NCBI GenBank assembly: GCA_022709525.1
Contig: JAKLIQ010000004.1
Coordinates: forward strand, 9,260-73,259
Reading direction: 5' to 3'
Length of the DNA: 64,000 nt
Source: Candidatus Omnitrophota bacterium
GTDB lineage: Bacteria; Omnitrophota; Omnitrophia; Omnitrophales; Aquincolibacteriaceae
The notes beneath the pieces were generated by a model. It saw nothing but the letters and a program-made list of their open reading frames with translations, was not told where the DNA came from and made no database searches. The position numbers and the translations under genes were made by a program. Of the stretch, positions 20,408-30,299 are shown piece after piece (position 1 is the first letter of the stretch; each line of letters starts with the position of its first letter).

Positions 20408-21627
20408 TGGAAGTCCGCTACCGCTACAAAGCCCGCGACAAGTTCGGACGGTCCGCCGACGGACAGATGGCCGCTGAATCCGAGAATGAGGTCGCCGCGA
20501 AACTGAAAGAAAAGGGCCTTACCCCGTTCCTTATCGAACCCATCGAAGAAAACGTCACCGTTAGTTTTTTTGAAAAATTCCGCCGCTTCAAGCAAAGCGA
20601 TGTGAACGCTTTCACCCGGGAATTTTACACGCTGACCAAGGCCGGCCTCACGGTCCTCGCCTCGTTGGAGGTGATCGGCGAACAGGACCGCAATCCTATC
20701 TTGAAAAAGATCGTCAACGGGCTGATTCAGAGTATCCGGGGCGGCGCGGGCATCGCCGACAGCTTGGCGCGCTATCCCAAGATCTTCAGCCCGCTTTATG
20801 TCAATATGTTCCGCGCGGGGGAGGTCTCCGGACGGCTTGAGCAGATCCTGGAGCGTCTGATCTATCTCGGAGAAGCGGAAGAAAAGCTCCAGATGCGCGT
20901 GAAAGCGGCTCTCCGTTATCCGGCCATCGTGCTGATCGCGCTCGCGCTCGCGTTCCTTTTTATCACGAATTTCGTGATCCCGCGCTTTGCTGTCCTGTTC
21001 ACGAAGGCCAGTGTCGAACTGCCCCTGCCGACCCGCATCCTGCTCGGGATCAATTATGTGAGTTCTCATTACTGGTGGCTTATCGCGTTATTGGCCGTTG
21101 GAGTCGGGGTATTCATCTATAAGTTCGCTAAAACGCCTTTCGGAAAGCGCTGGAAAGATAAGTTAATGCTCAAGCTGCCGGTCTTCGGGCCGTTAATCAT
21201 CAAAGCCGAAATGTCCCGTTTCGCGCGGGTGATCGCGCTTCTTGTTCAAAGCGGCATTCCGGTGCTCCGCGCCCTTGAGATCTCGGTCGGAAGCGCGCAG
21301 AACGAGATCGTCGCCGAGGCGATCGATAAGATCCGCGTGAGCGTGACCGAGGGGAGCGGGATGACCCAGCCGATGAAAGAGGCGGGGATCTTCCCGGTTT
21401 CGGTGATCCGGATGGTCAGGGTCGGCGAAGAGACCGGAAAAATTGATGAGTTGCTTTTAAAGGTCTCGGAGTATTATGATATGCAGGTCGAGTATACGGT
21501 CAGCAACCTCACGGTGCTGATCGAGCCCATGCTGATCGTGGGGATGGGCGCGATGGTGCTTTTATTGGCCCTCGGGATGTTCCTCCCGATGTGGAGCATG
21601 ATCAAGGTCTTTCAGCATACAACATAA
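20407..21627 (+). CDS. Type IV pilus platform protein (PilC/MshG/GspF family)
   Basis: Two GspF repeats and three TM segments. The ATG overlaps the stop of the upstream gene. Confidence 0.9.
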   Translation: MEVRYRYKARDKFGRSADGQMAAESENEVAAKLKEKGLTPFLIEPIEENVTVSFFEKFRRFKQSDVNAFTREFYTLTKAGLTVLASLEVIGEQDRNPILKKIVNGLIQSIRGGAGIADSLARYPKIFSPLYVNMFRAGEVSGRLEQILERLIYLGEAEEKLQMRVKAALRYPAIVLIALALAFLFITNFVIPRFAVLFTKASVELPLPTRILLGINYVSSHYWWLIALLAVGVGVFIYKFAKTPFGKRWKDKLMLKLPVFGPLIIKAEMSRFARVIALLVQSGIPVLRALEISVGSAQNEIVAEAIDKIRVSVTEGSGMTQPMKEAGIFPVSVIRMVRVGEETGKIDELLLKVSEYYDMQVEYTVSNLTVLIEPMLIVGMGAMVLLLALGMFLPMWSMIKVFQHTT

Positions 21628-21652
21628 ATCAAGCAGTAAGAGGAGGAGTTTC

Positions 21653-22039
21653 ATGTTCAAACAACGACAAAAAGGTTTTACCCTTATTGAACTGATCATG
21701 GTCATCGTGATCCTGGGCCTTTTGGCGGCCGTGGCGATCCCGCAATATTATGATCTTCAGGCGCAGGCGGAAGAAGCCGCGGAGCAGGGCGTGGTTGGCG
21801 GTGTCCGTTCGGGGATCTACACATGGCACGCTAATTCCATCGCCACCGGCGGCGCGGAGTGGCCTACCGCAGCGCAGTTATGCACCAATGGCACGGCGGT
21901 TTGCACAGGATGCTTTGATGGTGTTCTCGAACAAGGCGGTCTCAACGACGCAAACTGGACCAAGGCAAGCGCCACAACCTGGACCGGACCGACGGGAACC
22001 ACATACACCTACGTTCCAGCCACAGGCGAATTTTCATAA
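21653..22039 (+). CDS. Major type IV pilin (prepilin, class III signal)
   Basis: MFKQRQKGFTLIELIMVIVILGLLAAVAIPQY has the G/FTLIE cleavage motif. A strong RBS precedes it and a terminator follows directly. Confidence 0.9.
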   Translation: MFKQRQKGFTLIELIMVIVILGLLAAVAIPQYYDLQAQAEEAAEQGVVGGVRSGIYTWHANSIATGGAEWPTAAQLCTNGTAVCTGCFDGVLEQGGLNDANWTKASATTWTGPTGTTYTYVPATGEFS

Positions 22040-22063
22040 GGTTTTCCGCTCCGATCTTTTTTC

Positions 22064-22100
22064 AAAAAAAGCTGGCGCTCTTTCGAGCGCCAGCTTTTTA
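22064..22100 (+). terminator. Intrinsic terminator after the major pilin gene
   Basis: AAAAAAGCTGGCGCTC-TTTC-GAGCGCCAGC followed by TTTTTA. Confidence 0.75.
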
Positions 22101-22118
22101 GTATGAAAGGGTGACGCT

Positions 22119-23246
22119 TTGAAGAATAAAGGCTCGGCCCTCATGACGGTGCTCCTGATCGTCGTTCTTGTCCCCATCATTATTTTCGGCGTTACTCATT
22201 TTGTTACCTCTTCTCTCGTTCGCTATTCCACGCAGAACCGCAACGCCAAGGCCGAGTATCTTGCCCAGGCCGGTATCCACCGCGCGATCTATAACCTCGA
22301 GGCCGGCGTCACGCCCTATACCAATGTTGGTAATTTTGGCGGATCAGATACGATCACAGTGACCGATGTTCCTTACACGCCAAGCTGCGCCGGGATCTAC
22401 CAGATGACCTCCCAGGGAACTTCGGTATCATCAAGCTATCCGACGCAAGTTTCCAGGACGGTTTTTGCTCAATACAATATGAACACGAATACCGTGAACC
22501 GGTATTTGCAGGGTTCCGGCACCGGCGTGCCTGCGCCTTCCTGTTGCGATACGATCTGGTGGCCTTTTAGTGAAGGGGCAGGTAACACAACGGGAACTGC
22601 GCCTTATCAAGGAACTTTGACGCCGGCCTCTCCCAATCCGCAGTGGGTGGCTGGAGTTATCGGAAACGCTTTGCGTTTCAACCAGAATAATCCAACAAAT
22701 TATGTACTTGTTACCGACCCGCTTCCTGCCCCGAGCTTACTTGATCTAACAACGGCTGGGACCGTGATGGCATGGATCCGTCCCGCAAGCATACCCAATC
22801 AGGCGCAGCAGACCGTTGTTCATAAAGGCGGGAACACCGTGGCGACAAATGCTTACGCTCTCTTTCTTTTTCGACAAAGCAATAATAACGGCAGGGTTCG
22901 GTTCTGGATCTATAACGCGGCAGGGACCCAATATGTCGCGAGCGGCGGTACAAATATGACTCTTAACACTTGGTATCATATAGCCGGGGTTTGGGATTCG
23001 ACAGGTCTTCGCGTTTATCGTAATGGAATACCCGACGGAACTACTGCGACCGCTAATCGAGTAGCAAGAACGAACAATAATAATTTATATATCGGCGCGA
23101 GCGGAACTTTGGCGGCAGCGCAGGAGTTCAACGGGAGAGTCGATGAAGTTTATGTGTACAATTGCCGGAAAACCGATGCTGAGGTTAAGGCCTATTACAA
23201 TGCCACCTGCGCCGGTAGCGGCGCGACCCCCTGTCCGCAACCTTAA
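22119..23246 (+). CDS. PilX/MshQ-like minor pilin with C-terminal LamG/concanavalin-like domain (putative tip adhesin)
   Basis: N-terminus MKNKGSALMTVLLIVVLV resembles PilX. The C-terminal ~180 aa (WYHIAGVWD ... GRVDEVYVYN) resemble a LamG fold. Confidence 0.6.
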   Translation: MKNKGSALMTVLLIVVLVPIIIFGVTHFVTSSLVRYSTQNRNAKAEYLAQAGIHRAIYNLEAGVTPYTNVGNFGGSDTITVTDVPYTPSCAGIYQMTSQGTSVSSSYPTQVSRTVFAQYNMNTNTVNRYLQGSGTGVPAPSCCDTIWWPFSEGAGNTTGTAPYQGTLTPASPNPQWVAGVIGNALRFNQNNPTNYVLVTDPLPAPSLLDLTTAGTVMAWIRPASIPNQAQQTVVHKGGNTVATNAYALFLFRQSNNNGRVRFWIYNAAGTQYVASGGTNMTLNTWYHIAGVWDSTGLRVYRNGIPDGTTATANRVARTNNNNLYIGASGTLAAAQEFNGRVDEVYVYNCRKTDAEVKAYYNATCAGSGATPCPQP

Positions 23247-23260
23247 GCTAGGGAATAAAA

Positions 23261-23632
23261 ATGCTGACGAAAATCGAACGCGGCGTGACATTGGTCGAGT
23301 TGATCATGGCGATGGTGATTCTGTCGGTGGTCGCGATCGCGACAGCGGCCATGATCGGCGCCCAGATCGAAGGCGCGGCAAAATCCGCCGATGTCGTGGC
23401 AGCAGGGAATCTTGCCCGGCGGGAAATGGAGCGGCTACACAATATTGCATACGCTTCCGTTGCTAATGGCAACACAACTTCCGGGCCTTTTTCGATCACC
23501 TGGACGGCTGTGCAGAGCACAAGCGGCTCCGCTGCTCGCAAGGATATCACGATGACTGTCACGCGAAGCGGGACTACTCTTTTGACTGTCTACGGCACGA
23601 TCACCAACAACATCACTTACGCGACAGCATGA
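23261..23632 (+). CDS. Minor pilin / pseudopilin
   Basis: GVTLVELIMAMVIL prepilin N-terminus. Confidence 0.8.
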   Translation: MLTKIERGVTLVELIMAMVILSVVAIATAAMIGAQIEGAAKSADVVAAGNLARREMERLHNIAYASVANGNTTSGPFSITWTAVQSTSGSAARKDITMTVTRSGTTLLTVYGTITNNITYATA

Positions 23633-24186
23633 GAAACGCCAAGGGGTTTACCCTGATCGAGCTCATCATGGTGATCGTGATAGCGGCAGTGCTGGGCACG
23701 GCCGGTTATCATCTCATGACGTTTATGACCCGCCACACGTTTTATCTTCCTAACCAGCTCAGGACCGATCTTGCCGTCGCCGAAGCGCTCGAAGTCATGG
23801 TCGAAGGAGATTCCTCAGGCAGCGCGACAGCCGCCAAGGGGCTGCGTTTTGCGAGCGCGGTCACCGCCGCTACCGCCAGCTCCGTGACCGTGACCAACCA
23901 GGACGGCCAGACCGCCACTTATACTTTTTCGGGCGGCGGTCTTACGCGGACGATCGGCGCGAGCACGGTCAATTTGCCCTACTTCATGCCAGCCGATGTG
24001 GATTTTACGGGTTCTTTTTCGTACTTTAACTCGACCGACGCTTTGTTGTCCTTCCCCATAGCGGATCCGACTCTGATAAGGCGCATCCAGATTAGTCTGA
24101 GCGCCACGCAGGGCACCTCGGGTGATTTTGACCGGTGGGAAGGATCCAGCGGGCAAAGCACCTCGGTGAAGCTTTACGGCGTCTGA
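23629..24186 (+). CDS. Minor pilin / pseudopilin
   Basis: KGFTLIELIMVIVIAAVLG prepilin N-terminus. Confidence 0.8.
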   Translation: MRNAKGFTLIELIMVIVIAAVLGTAGYHLMTFMTRHTFYLPNQLRTDLAVAEALEVMVEGDSSGSATAAKGLRFASAVTAATASSVTVTNQDGQTATYTFSGGGLTRTIGASTVNLPYFMPADVDFTGSFSYFNSTDALLSFPIADPTLIRRIQISLSATQGTSGDFDRWEGSSGQSTSVKLYGV

Positions 24187-24318
24187 CAGTTGCCGGAAAA
24201 CAAGTATTTTTCAGCGATTTTCCTCTTCAAAATGGCATCGGCGATGCCGATAAATTAAGAGACCCGGAAGCGGGCATTTTAAACGCGGCAGACTATCAAT
24301 CATGCGACAAGGATCCTG

Positions 24319-25902
24319 ATGCCTTTTCTTTCCATCGAACTCGGGGTTGGACAGCTTTATGCGGCCCTGCTTGAAAAAACCAAGGATGGTTTGTCGCTCC
24401 GCTATGATCTTGCGTTAGCACTCCTGCCGGGCGAAGATCCCCAAGCCAAGATCCGCGCCGCCCTTAAAGATTTCATCCGGCAACACGATGTGACCGACCG
24501 GAAGGTTTTTCTCAACATTGCCGATCCCGGCATCATCACTCTCCGGAACGCGATCCTTCCCGCCATGCCAGCTTCCGAGCTTGTCGCGGCGATCGTCTGG
24601 CACGCCAAGGAGGAGGGGACGCTCAATCAGGATACCGAGCTTTTTAGTTATGAGAGCGTCAAGGAATTCGAGGATGCCGATGGCGCGAAAAAGATCGCCG
24701 TGACCTTTTCCATCGTTAATTCCGAACTTCTCGAAAATTCGGTCCAGATGTTGAATCGTCTCGGGCTTGAAGTGCTCCAGATCACAACGCCAGCGCTTAA
24801 TGCCCCGAAGGTCCTTGGAAGTTTGGACGGCAGCGGGTCCCTTCAGATGCTCTTACGGCTCGGTTTTGATTCGTCGGTTTGCGCGATCTACAAAAAAGAA
24901 AAATTGCTTTTTATCCGGGATCTTTCCTTTTCCTACGCGAAAGCCCGCCTGGGCCTGAATGACCCGCTTTTTTTGGGCCCTAAGTTCCGCACGCCCGAAG
25001 CCGAAGCCGACATTGATCAAGCCATCAACTCGATCGTCCTGCCCAGCGAAGACGCGATGTCCGAGGGGGCTACGAACCGGGCCGGACAATTTTTTGTGCT
25101 GGTGCGGCCGGCGCTTGAGGTCCTGATCCGGGAGCTCCGGTATTCGCTGACCTATTTTACGACCAACTACGAGGAAGAGCGGCCCGCCGCCATGTTTTTG
25201 ACCGGCTATGGAACGAAATTCCGCGGAGTTGACGCTTTTCTCGCCAAGGAATTGGGCATGCCGGTTTCCATGCTAAAGTTCCCGCCGCAGATCCATTGCG
25301 ATCAGGCATCCATTCTTGAGGATCCGGTTCGATTAAGTCATTCTGTCAGTATCGCGGCCGGGGCTTTTGCAAACGGCCGCACAGTGGATTTTATGCCGTT
25401 CAAGCTCAAGCGTCAGAAATGGGAGGCGTTCCAGCGCAGCATTTTGAAAATGGTCTCGCTTGTCGCGATAGGGCTTTGCGCGATCTCATTCGCCACTTCG
25501 AGTCTGCGGCGCGCGTATTACAACGACCGCCTTCGGATCGGCGAGAAGCATCTCCAGGCGCTTGGGAAGTTCGGTCAGGCCTCGGCGAAGCCATTCCCGA
25601 AATATTATCTGACCCGGGAGCTGGAAAAGGCCACAGTTCCGCCCGACCAATTTCTGCGCCTTTTGGGCCATTTGATCCCTTCGGGATTGGCAGTGCGGCA
25701 TTTCGCGATCGACTCGGATAGTCGCGCTCTTTCTTTGGAGCTTGAGACTTCCGGGCTTGATGAGGCGGAAGGCAACCCGCTCATTGAGGATCTTCTTGCC
25801 CGGCTCCGGGATAGCGGATTTTTAAAAGATCTTCATGTGAAGCCGGTTCCCGGATACGCCGTATCGGTATACCGGATCGAGGGAGTTTTTCGCGATGATT
25901 AA
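24319..25902 (+). CDS. PilM-PilN fusion (MshI-like): actin-like ATPase fold, then TM, then periplasmic PilN-like domain
   Basis: A ~360-aa PilM-like region (FLTGYGTKFRGVDAFLAKELGMPV), then TM ILKMVSLVAIGLCAISFA, then a ~130-aa periplasmic domain. Confidence 0.7.
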   Translation: MPFLSIELGVGQLYAALLEKTKDGLSLRYDLALALLPGEDPQAKIRAALKDFIRQHDVTDRKVFLNIADPGIITLRNAILPAMPASELVAAIVWHAKEEGTLNQDTELFSYESVKEFEDADGAKKIAVTFSIVNSELLENSVQMLNRLGLEVLQITTPALNAPKVLGSLDGSGSLQMLLRLGFDSSVCAIYKKEKLLFIRDLSFSYAKARLGLNDPLFLGPKFRTPEAEADIDQAINSIVLPSEDAMSEGATNRAGQFFVLVRPALEVLIRELRYSLTYFTTNYEEERPAAMFLTGYGTKFRGVDAFLAKELGMPVSMLKFPPQIHCDQASILEDPVRLSHSVSIAAGAFANGRTVDFMPFKLKRQKWEAFQRSILKMVSLVAIGLCAISFATSSLRRAYYNDRLRIGEKHLQALGKFGQASAKPFPKYYLTRELEKATVPPDQFLRLLGHLIPSGLAVRHFAIDSDSRALSLELETSGLDEAEGNPLIEDLLARLRDSGFLKDLHVKPVPGYAVSVYRIEGVFRDD

Positions 25903-26482
25903 CGTGCAAAAAGAAAAGATCACGGCCGCGCAGATCGCTATCTTTATTTGGGCTTCTTGCATCGCGGTTACGGTTTGGCTTTTTTCGCTTATCGTCATGG
26001 GGCCGGCCCATCAGCGGGTCGTGGAGGCCAAGGATAAGGTTGATATTCTCGAGAGCCGGTTGAAATGGGTGACGCGGGTCATCGAATCCAGGCAGGAACC
26101 CGCTAAGGTTTTTGAATATTTTGTGGCGGTGGACCGCGACCTCGTCCGCCGTTTTCCGAATTCCGTCGAAAAATCCCTGATCGCTCTCGCCGACTACGCC
26201 AATAAGTTCGGCGTTAGGATCGAGCGAGTCCAGGCAGATAAACCGCGGAAAGTGGTCACAGCCCGGGGCATTCCGCTTGGCGCCGATGAGAAAGTTTGTA
26301 CCGGAGTTTCGGTGACTTTCAAATTCAAAAGCGAGTATGACAATCTTCTCAAATATCTCGAAACGCTCCGAAAGGTATTGCCCGCCTATACGGTGGTTCG
26401 GAACATGACCGCGGAAAATAATTTTGCCAACGCGTCCCGGATCGAGGGGCATGTCGATCTGACGCTTTATCTCCTGGAGTGA
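25895..26482 (+). CDS. PilO/MshJ-like pilus assembly protein
   Basis: N-terminal TM followed by a periplasmic domain. Its position is between the PilM/N and PilP homologues. Confidence 0.6.
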   Translation: MINVQKEKITAAQIAIFIWASCIAVTVWLFSLIVMGPAHQRVVEAKDKVDILESRLKWVTRVIESRQEPAKVFEYFVAVDRDLVRRFPNSVEKSLIALADYANKFGVRIERVQADKPRKVVTARGIPLGADEKVCTGVSVTFKFKSEYDNLLKYLETLRKVLPAYTVVRNMTAENNFANASRIEGHVDLTLYLLE

Positions 26483-26483
26483 T

Positions 26484-26963
26484 ATGCAAAAGAAAGAGAA
26501 GATCCAGCTAGGCGTGATCGCGGTGGCCGGCATCGCTTTGCTTTTGATGCTCCCGCCGTTTTTTCAAAAACAAGAGGCGAGGGGAAAGAAGGGGAAGGTA
26601 CCGCAAGCCCCGGCCGCGGCCGCCACTTCGGTCAAAGCGGCCAGTCCGGGCCCCGGCGAACAAGTCATAAAGCTCCCGGCCATAAAGGACGATAAATTCT
26701 ATGAGCGGTTAAGCCGGGTCGCTGAAGTTTTACCGCTGGAGCGCGACCCGTTCTTTTTCGCCTATACGGGGCCCCGGAGCCCGCGCGACGGACTGGATCT
26801 GACAGGGATCTTATGGGAAGGGACGCAACCAACCGCCATTATTAACCAGTCGTTTTTGAAAGTGGGCGATACGACGGAACAATTCAGCGTTGTGAATATC
26901 CTGCAGGACAAAGTTATATTAAAAGATGCTAACGGCGAATTCGAACTCCGTTTAAAAAAGTGA
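26484..26963 (+). CDS. PilP/MshK-like protein
   Basis: Signal/TM N-terminus, and a C-terminal beta domain (...TAIINQSFLKVGDTTEQFSVVNILQDKVILKD...) that is paralogous to the C-terminus of ORF 29338-29778. Confidence 0.55.
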   Translation: MQKKEKIQLGVIAVAGIALLLMLPPFFQKQEARGKKGKVPQAPAAAATSVKAASPGPGEQVIKLPAIKDDKFYERLSRVAEVLPLERDPFFFAYTGPRSPRDGLDLTGILWEGTQPTAIINQSFLKVGDTTEQFSVVNILQDKVILKDANGEFELRLKK

Positions 26964-26982
26964 TCAGGATCGGGGGGAGCTC

Positions 26983-28541
26983 ATGAAGGTTTGGGCAATC
27001 ATGTTAGTTTTGTTGATGTCAGCCGGGTTTGCCGCGCCCGTTCTGGCCGCGGACGCGCCGCTCAGCAGTTTAAAATTCAAGGACACTGAGATCGCGACGG
27101 TCCTCAAAGCGATCGAAAAAAAGCCGACCAAGAGGGCAAGAATATCACGATCGTGACGACGCCCGAGGTGTTTGGCCTTGTGACCGTGGACCTTGAGAAT
27201 GTCGATTGGAAAACCGCCTTTAAGGTGATCCTCAAGATGTACGACCTGGGTTATGTCCAGGACGGCAACATCATTACCGTATCCTCGCTTTCGAAGCTCC
27301 AGGAAGACCAGAAAAAAGAAGACGAAGCCCTTTTTGCCTCGGGCGGCATGAAGATCGAGGCCTTCAAGCTCAAGCATGTGGAAGCGGCGGATGTCGCGAA
27401 AATGGTCCAGCCATTCCTCTCCAAAGAGGGCAAGGTGTCCGTGCTGGATGTCGTCAATAAGCAGGGATGGGGTTTTTCAGCGAGCACAAGCGGCACCATG
27501 GATGTCGGTAACGACGGCGGGTCATCTTCTTACAACAGCGGTTCAAACCAGCAGAATAATACGCCTCAAAATACGACGCGTATGAACCGGACGAAGATCC
27601 TCGCGGTTTCCGATACGCCCGCGATCGTCCGCCAGATCGCGAAGCTGATCGAAGAGGTCGATATCGCGCCCAAGCAGATCTTGATTCGCGCGGTTCTTTT
27701 GGAGGTGAACGAGAATACGGTGTTTGACCTCGGCCTCGATTTTGGCTCTCCGAACGACAGTTTCGGCTCGACAGATTCGTTTCTTGAAAAAGTTTTTGTC
27801 GCGGGGACTCAAAGCGGTTTTCAAAGCATTACTCCTAACGCATTCATCCCTCCTGAAGGCACGGCCGCCACGATCGACCCTTACTCTGCCGGCTTGAATT
27901 TCTCCATGGCGAAGGTCAAGGGCACGAAGTTCCAGGTGGTTTTGCACGCCCTGCAGGAGGATGAACGTACCAACACGCTCTCAACGCCGACGATCCTTAC
28001 GATGGACGGCCGGGAAGCCACGATCCTTGTCGGCACGCAGTTTCCGATCATTGAGACCAACTCAAGCACTTACACGGACAATACGGTCGGCGGCTCGCTT
28101 TCGTTTTATCAAAATATCGGCATCCAGCTCCGGGTGGTGCCGCAGGTGGTCGGCGATGAAGAGAATATGGTGAATCTGCTTGTGCACCCGACCGTTTCCA
28201 ACCAAAATGGCACCGTTTCCATCTCAAGCGGCGGCACCACCGATGTGGTCCAGTATCCGATCATCGAGACCCGCGAAGCCGAAACCCAGATGGTGGTCAA
28301 TGACGGCGATACGGTCGTACTGGGCGGCCTTTTGAGCGACGCCAAGACCAAAGAGATCATGGGAGTTCCGTTTTTAAGCAATATCCCGCTCATCGGGAAA
28401 CTGTTCGACCGCGACACTAAGAACGGGGCTAAAACGGATCTTTTGATCTTTCTGACCGTTCGCATTGTTCGCCCGGCGGAAGTGCTTTCGGCAGACGTTT
28501 TGGAGCGAACCAAGATCGACCAGAAGGCCATGATCGCATGA
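26983..28541 (+). pseudogene. Secretin (PilQ/MshL family), interrupted by a single-base frameshift in an A7 homopolymer at 27116-27122
   Basis: The signal peptide plus N0 start (MKVWAIMLVLLMSAGFAAPVLA...LKFKDTEIATVLKAIEKK) is in one frame and stops at 27153. The rest of the secretin (ADQEGKNITIVTTPEV ... secretin domain GVPFLSNIPLIGKLF) continues in another frame. Inserting one A into the run restores a single ORF. Confidence 0.8.
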
Positions 28542-29341
28542 CAGCGCTTCAGGAATTCTACGGTTTCAAGACCCAGCCCTTTAACATCACGACCGACACC
28601 GAACTCTTCTTTGAAGGATCCTCTCACCGCGAGGCCTTGGCGTCGCTTCTTTACGGGATCGAAGAGCGCAAAGGATTGATCCTGATCACCGGGGAAGTGG
28701 GGACCGGCAAAACGACGCTTTGTAAGGCGCTTTTAGACCGGTTGCCGCCATCGGTCCGGACCTCTTTGATCCTCAATCCTTACTTCAGCGAGGTCCAACT
28801 TCTTCAAGCTATTGTGGAGGATTTCGGTCTTGAGCCGGAGAAGACGACGCGGCTGGATATTGTAAAAAAACTGGACGCTTTTTTGATCGACCTGAGCTTG
28901 AATCAGGGAAATGCGGTTTTGATCATTGATGAGGCGCAGAACCTCAAGGCCCGCCAGCTGGAGCAGATCCGGCTCCTTTCGAATCTCGAAACAAAACACG
29001 GAAAGCTTCTCCAGATCGTGCTGGTGGGGCAGCCGGAACTGAAGGCCAATCTTGAGCGGTACGAATTACGCCAAATCTACCAGCGGATCGTCGTCAAATA
29101 CGAGCTTCGCCCGCTTGATTTCGCGGACGTGAAGGCCTATGTGGATTTCCGCATCGAACATTCGGGCGCAGCGGGGATCGTGATCATGCCGGAAGGGTAC
29201 CGGATGATCCATGAGTTTTCAAAAGGGGTCCCGCGTCTTATCAATCTGCTCTGCGACCGGGCGCTTCTGCTGGGTTTTGTCAAAAAGGAGAAAGTGCTCG
29301 GGACGGATGTCCTTATTGCGGCCATGGAAGAGATGCGATGA
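28538..29341 (+). CDS. ExeA/GspA/MshM-like AAA ATPase
   Basis: ITGEVGTGKTTL Walker A plus the AAA_22 pattern. It lies directly downstream of the secretin, as mshM does in MSHA clusters. Confidence 0.8.
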   Translation: MTALQEFYGFKTQPFNITTDTELFFEGSSHREALASLLYGIEERKGLILITGEVGTGKTTLCKALLDRLPPSVRTSLILNPYFSEVQLLQAIVEDFGLEPEKTTRLDIVKKLDAFLIDLSLNQGNAVLIIDEAQNLKARQLEQIRLLSNLETKHGKLLQIVLVGQPELKANLERYELRQIYQRIVVKYELRPLDFADVKAYVDFRIEHSGAAGIVIMPEGYRMIHEFSKGVPRLINLLCDRALLLGFVKKEKVLGTDVLIAAMEEMR

Positions 29342-29778
29342 GCATTGTCTATGACTATCTAAAACAGATCCAAGCTTCCAAAGAAACAAAAAAGCCGGTT
29401 CCGGAACCGGCGCCTCCCATTTCGTCTCCGTCCAAACGGTCCCCGAGAATTTCTTTTGCCCTTGTGGCCGCTGTCAGTATCGCCGCGATCGTTGTTGTCG
29501 GGATCATCGTCTATTTGCTCTTCGGAAGGCCCGAGAAGACCATCGTCAAAGTTTATCAGCCTGCCGCTTCGCCGCAACCTGCCAAGACCGAGCGCTCCGA
29601 TCCCGGATATGTCCTCGAAGGCATCATCTATAATCCCTCCCGCCCCTTCGCCATTATTAACGGGAAAATGCTCGAGAAGGGGAGCCGGATCGGGGATTTC
29701 GAGGTCGCGCAGATCACGCCGGATTCCGTGTCCCTCAAAGACGCCCGCGATGGTACCTCCCGCACCATCCAGCTCTAA
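29338..29778 (+). CDS. GspB/ExeB-like membrane protein with PilP-like C-terminal domain
   Basis: TM VAAVSIAAIVVVGIIVYLLF. The C-terminus ...AIINGKMLEKGSRIGDFEVAQITPDSVSLKD... is paralogous to 26484-26963. Confidence 0.5.
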   Translation: MSIVYDYLKQIQASKETKKPVPEPAPPISSPSKRSPRISFALVAAVSIAAIVVVGIIVYLLFGRPEKTIVKVYQPAASPQPAKTERSDPGYVLEGIIYNPSRPFAIINGKMLEKGSRIGDFEVAQITPDSVSLKDARDGTSRTIQL

Positions 29779-29828
29779 CCCGCGTTTTCTGCAGAAAAGA
29801 TAACGCGAAATTTCTCTGGAGTCCTGAG

Positions 29829-30026
29829 GCGCGCTCGCGAGGCGTAGCGGGCATGGCGCCCTTGAGGTCTTGGCTTGGCATCGACGGTGCTCGAGTCCAG
29901 CGACTCTCGCCCGTCTGCGGTCTCATCCCGTAAATTCCCCTTAAAATGCAGGGGAAACCCTGCTTTACGGGATTCCGACAGCTGCTTCGCCAGAGACTCA
30001 AGGGCGAGCGCAGCCGAGCGCGCGAG
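29829..30026. repeat. Long imperfect inverted repeat / structured element with a nested central hairpin (CCCGTAAA...TTTACGGG at 29927-29971)
   Basis: Paired arms GCGCGCTCGCGA/GAGCGCGCGAGT, CGCCCTTGAG/CTCAAGGGCG, GAGTC.../...GACTC and CCCGTAAA/TTTACGGG. A non-coding GC-rich stretch upstream of tRNA-Val. Confidence 0.5.
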
Positions 30027-30192
30027 TGCGTCCCGCCTCGCTGGGGCGGGAGAAACGCTGACGAAGAATCCTGAGAAATTTTGCGAGTTTGGAGTCAATC
30101 GGCAAAAAAAACAAGAATGGTTAAATCCGTTTTTTCCGTTGAAATCCCTTGGCGAGCAGTTTATGATGTGCGCTCTTCCGGCGACTTTTCAT

Positions 30193-30266
30193 GGGCAGTT
30201 AGTTCAGTTGGTTAGAACGCTTCCTTGACATGGAAGAGGTCAGAGGTTCGACTCCTCTACTGCCCA
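30193..30266 (+). tRNA. tRNA-Val (anticodon GAC); no encoded CCA
   Basis: Acceptor GGGCAGT/ACTGCCC, D-arm, anticodon stem CTTCC/GGAAG with loop TTGACAT, and T-arm AGAGG-TTCGACT-CCTCT. Confidence 0.9.
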
Positions 30267-30299
30267 GATTCTCAAAAAGACCCAGGCCTTTTTATCCCT

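Noticed and set aside
30225-30299. N-terminal 25 codons of track ORF 30225-30701
   Set aside because: They overlap tRNA-Val. The genuine VanZ-like start is ATG 30300.
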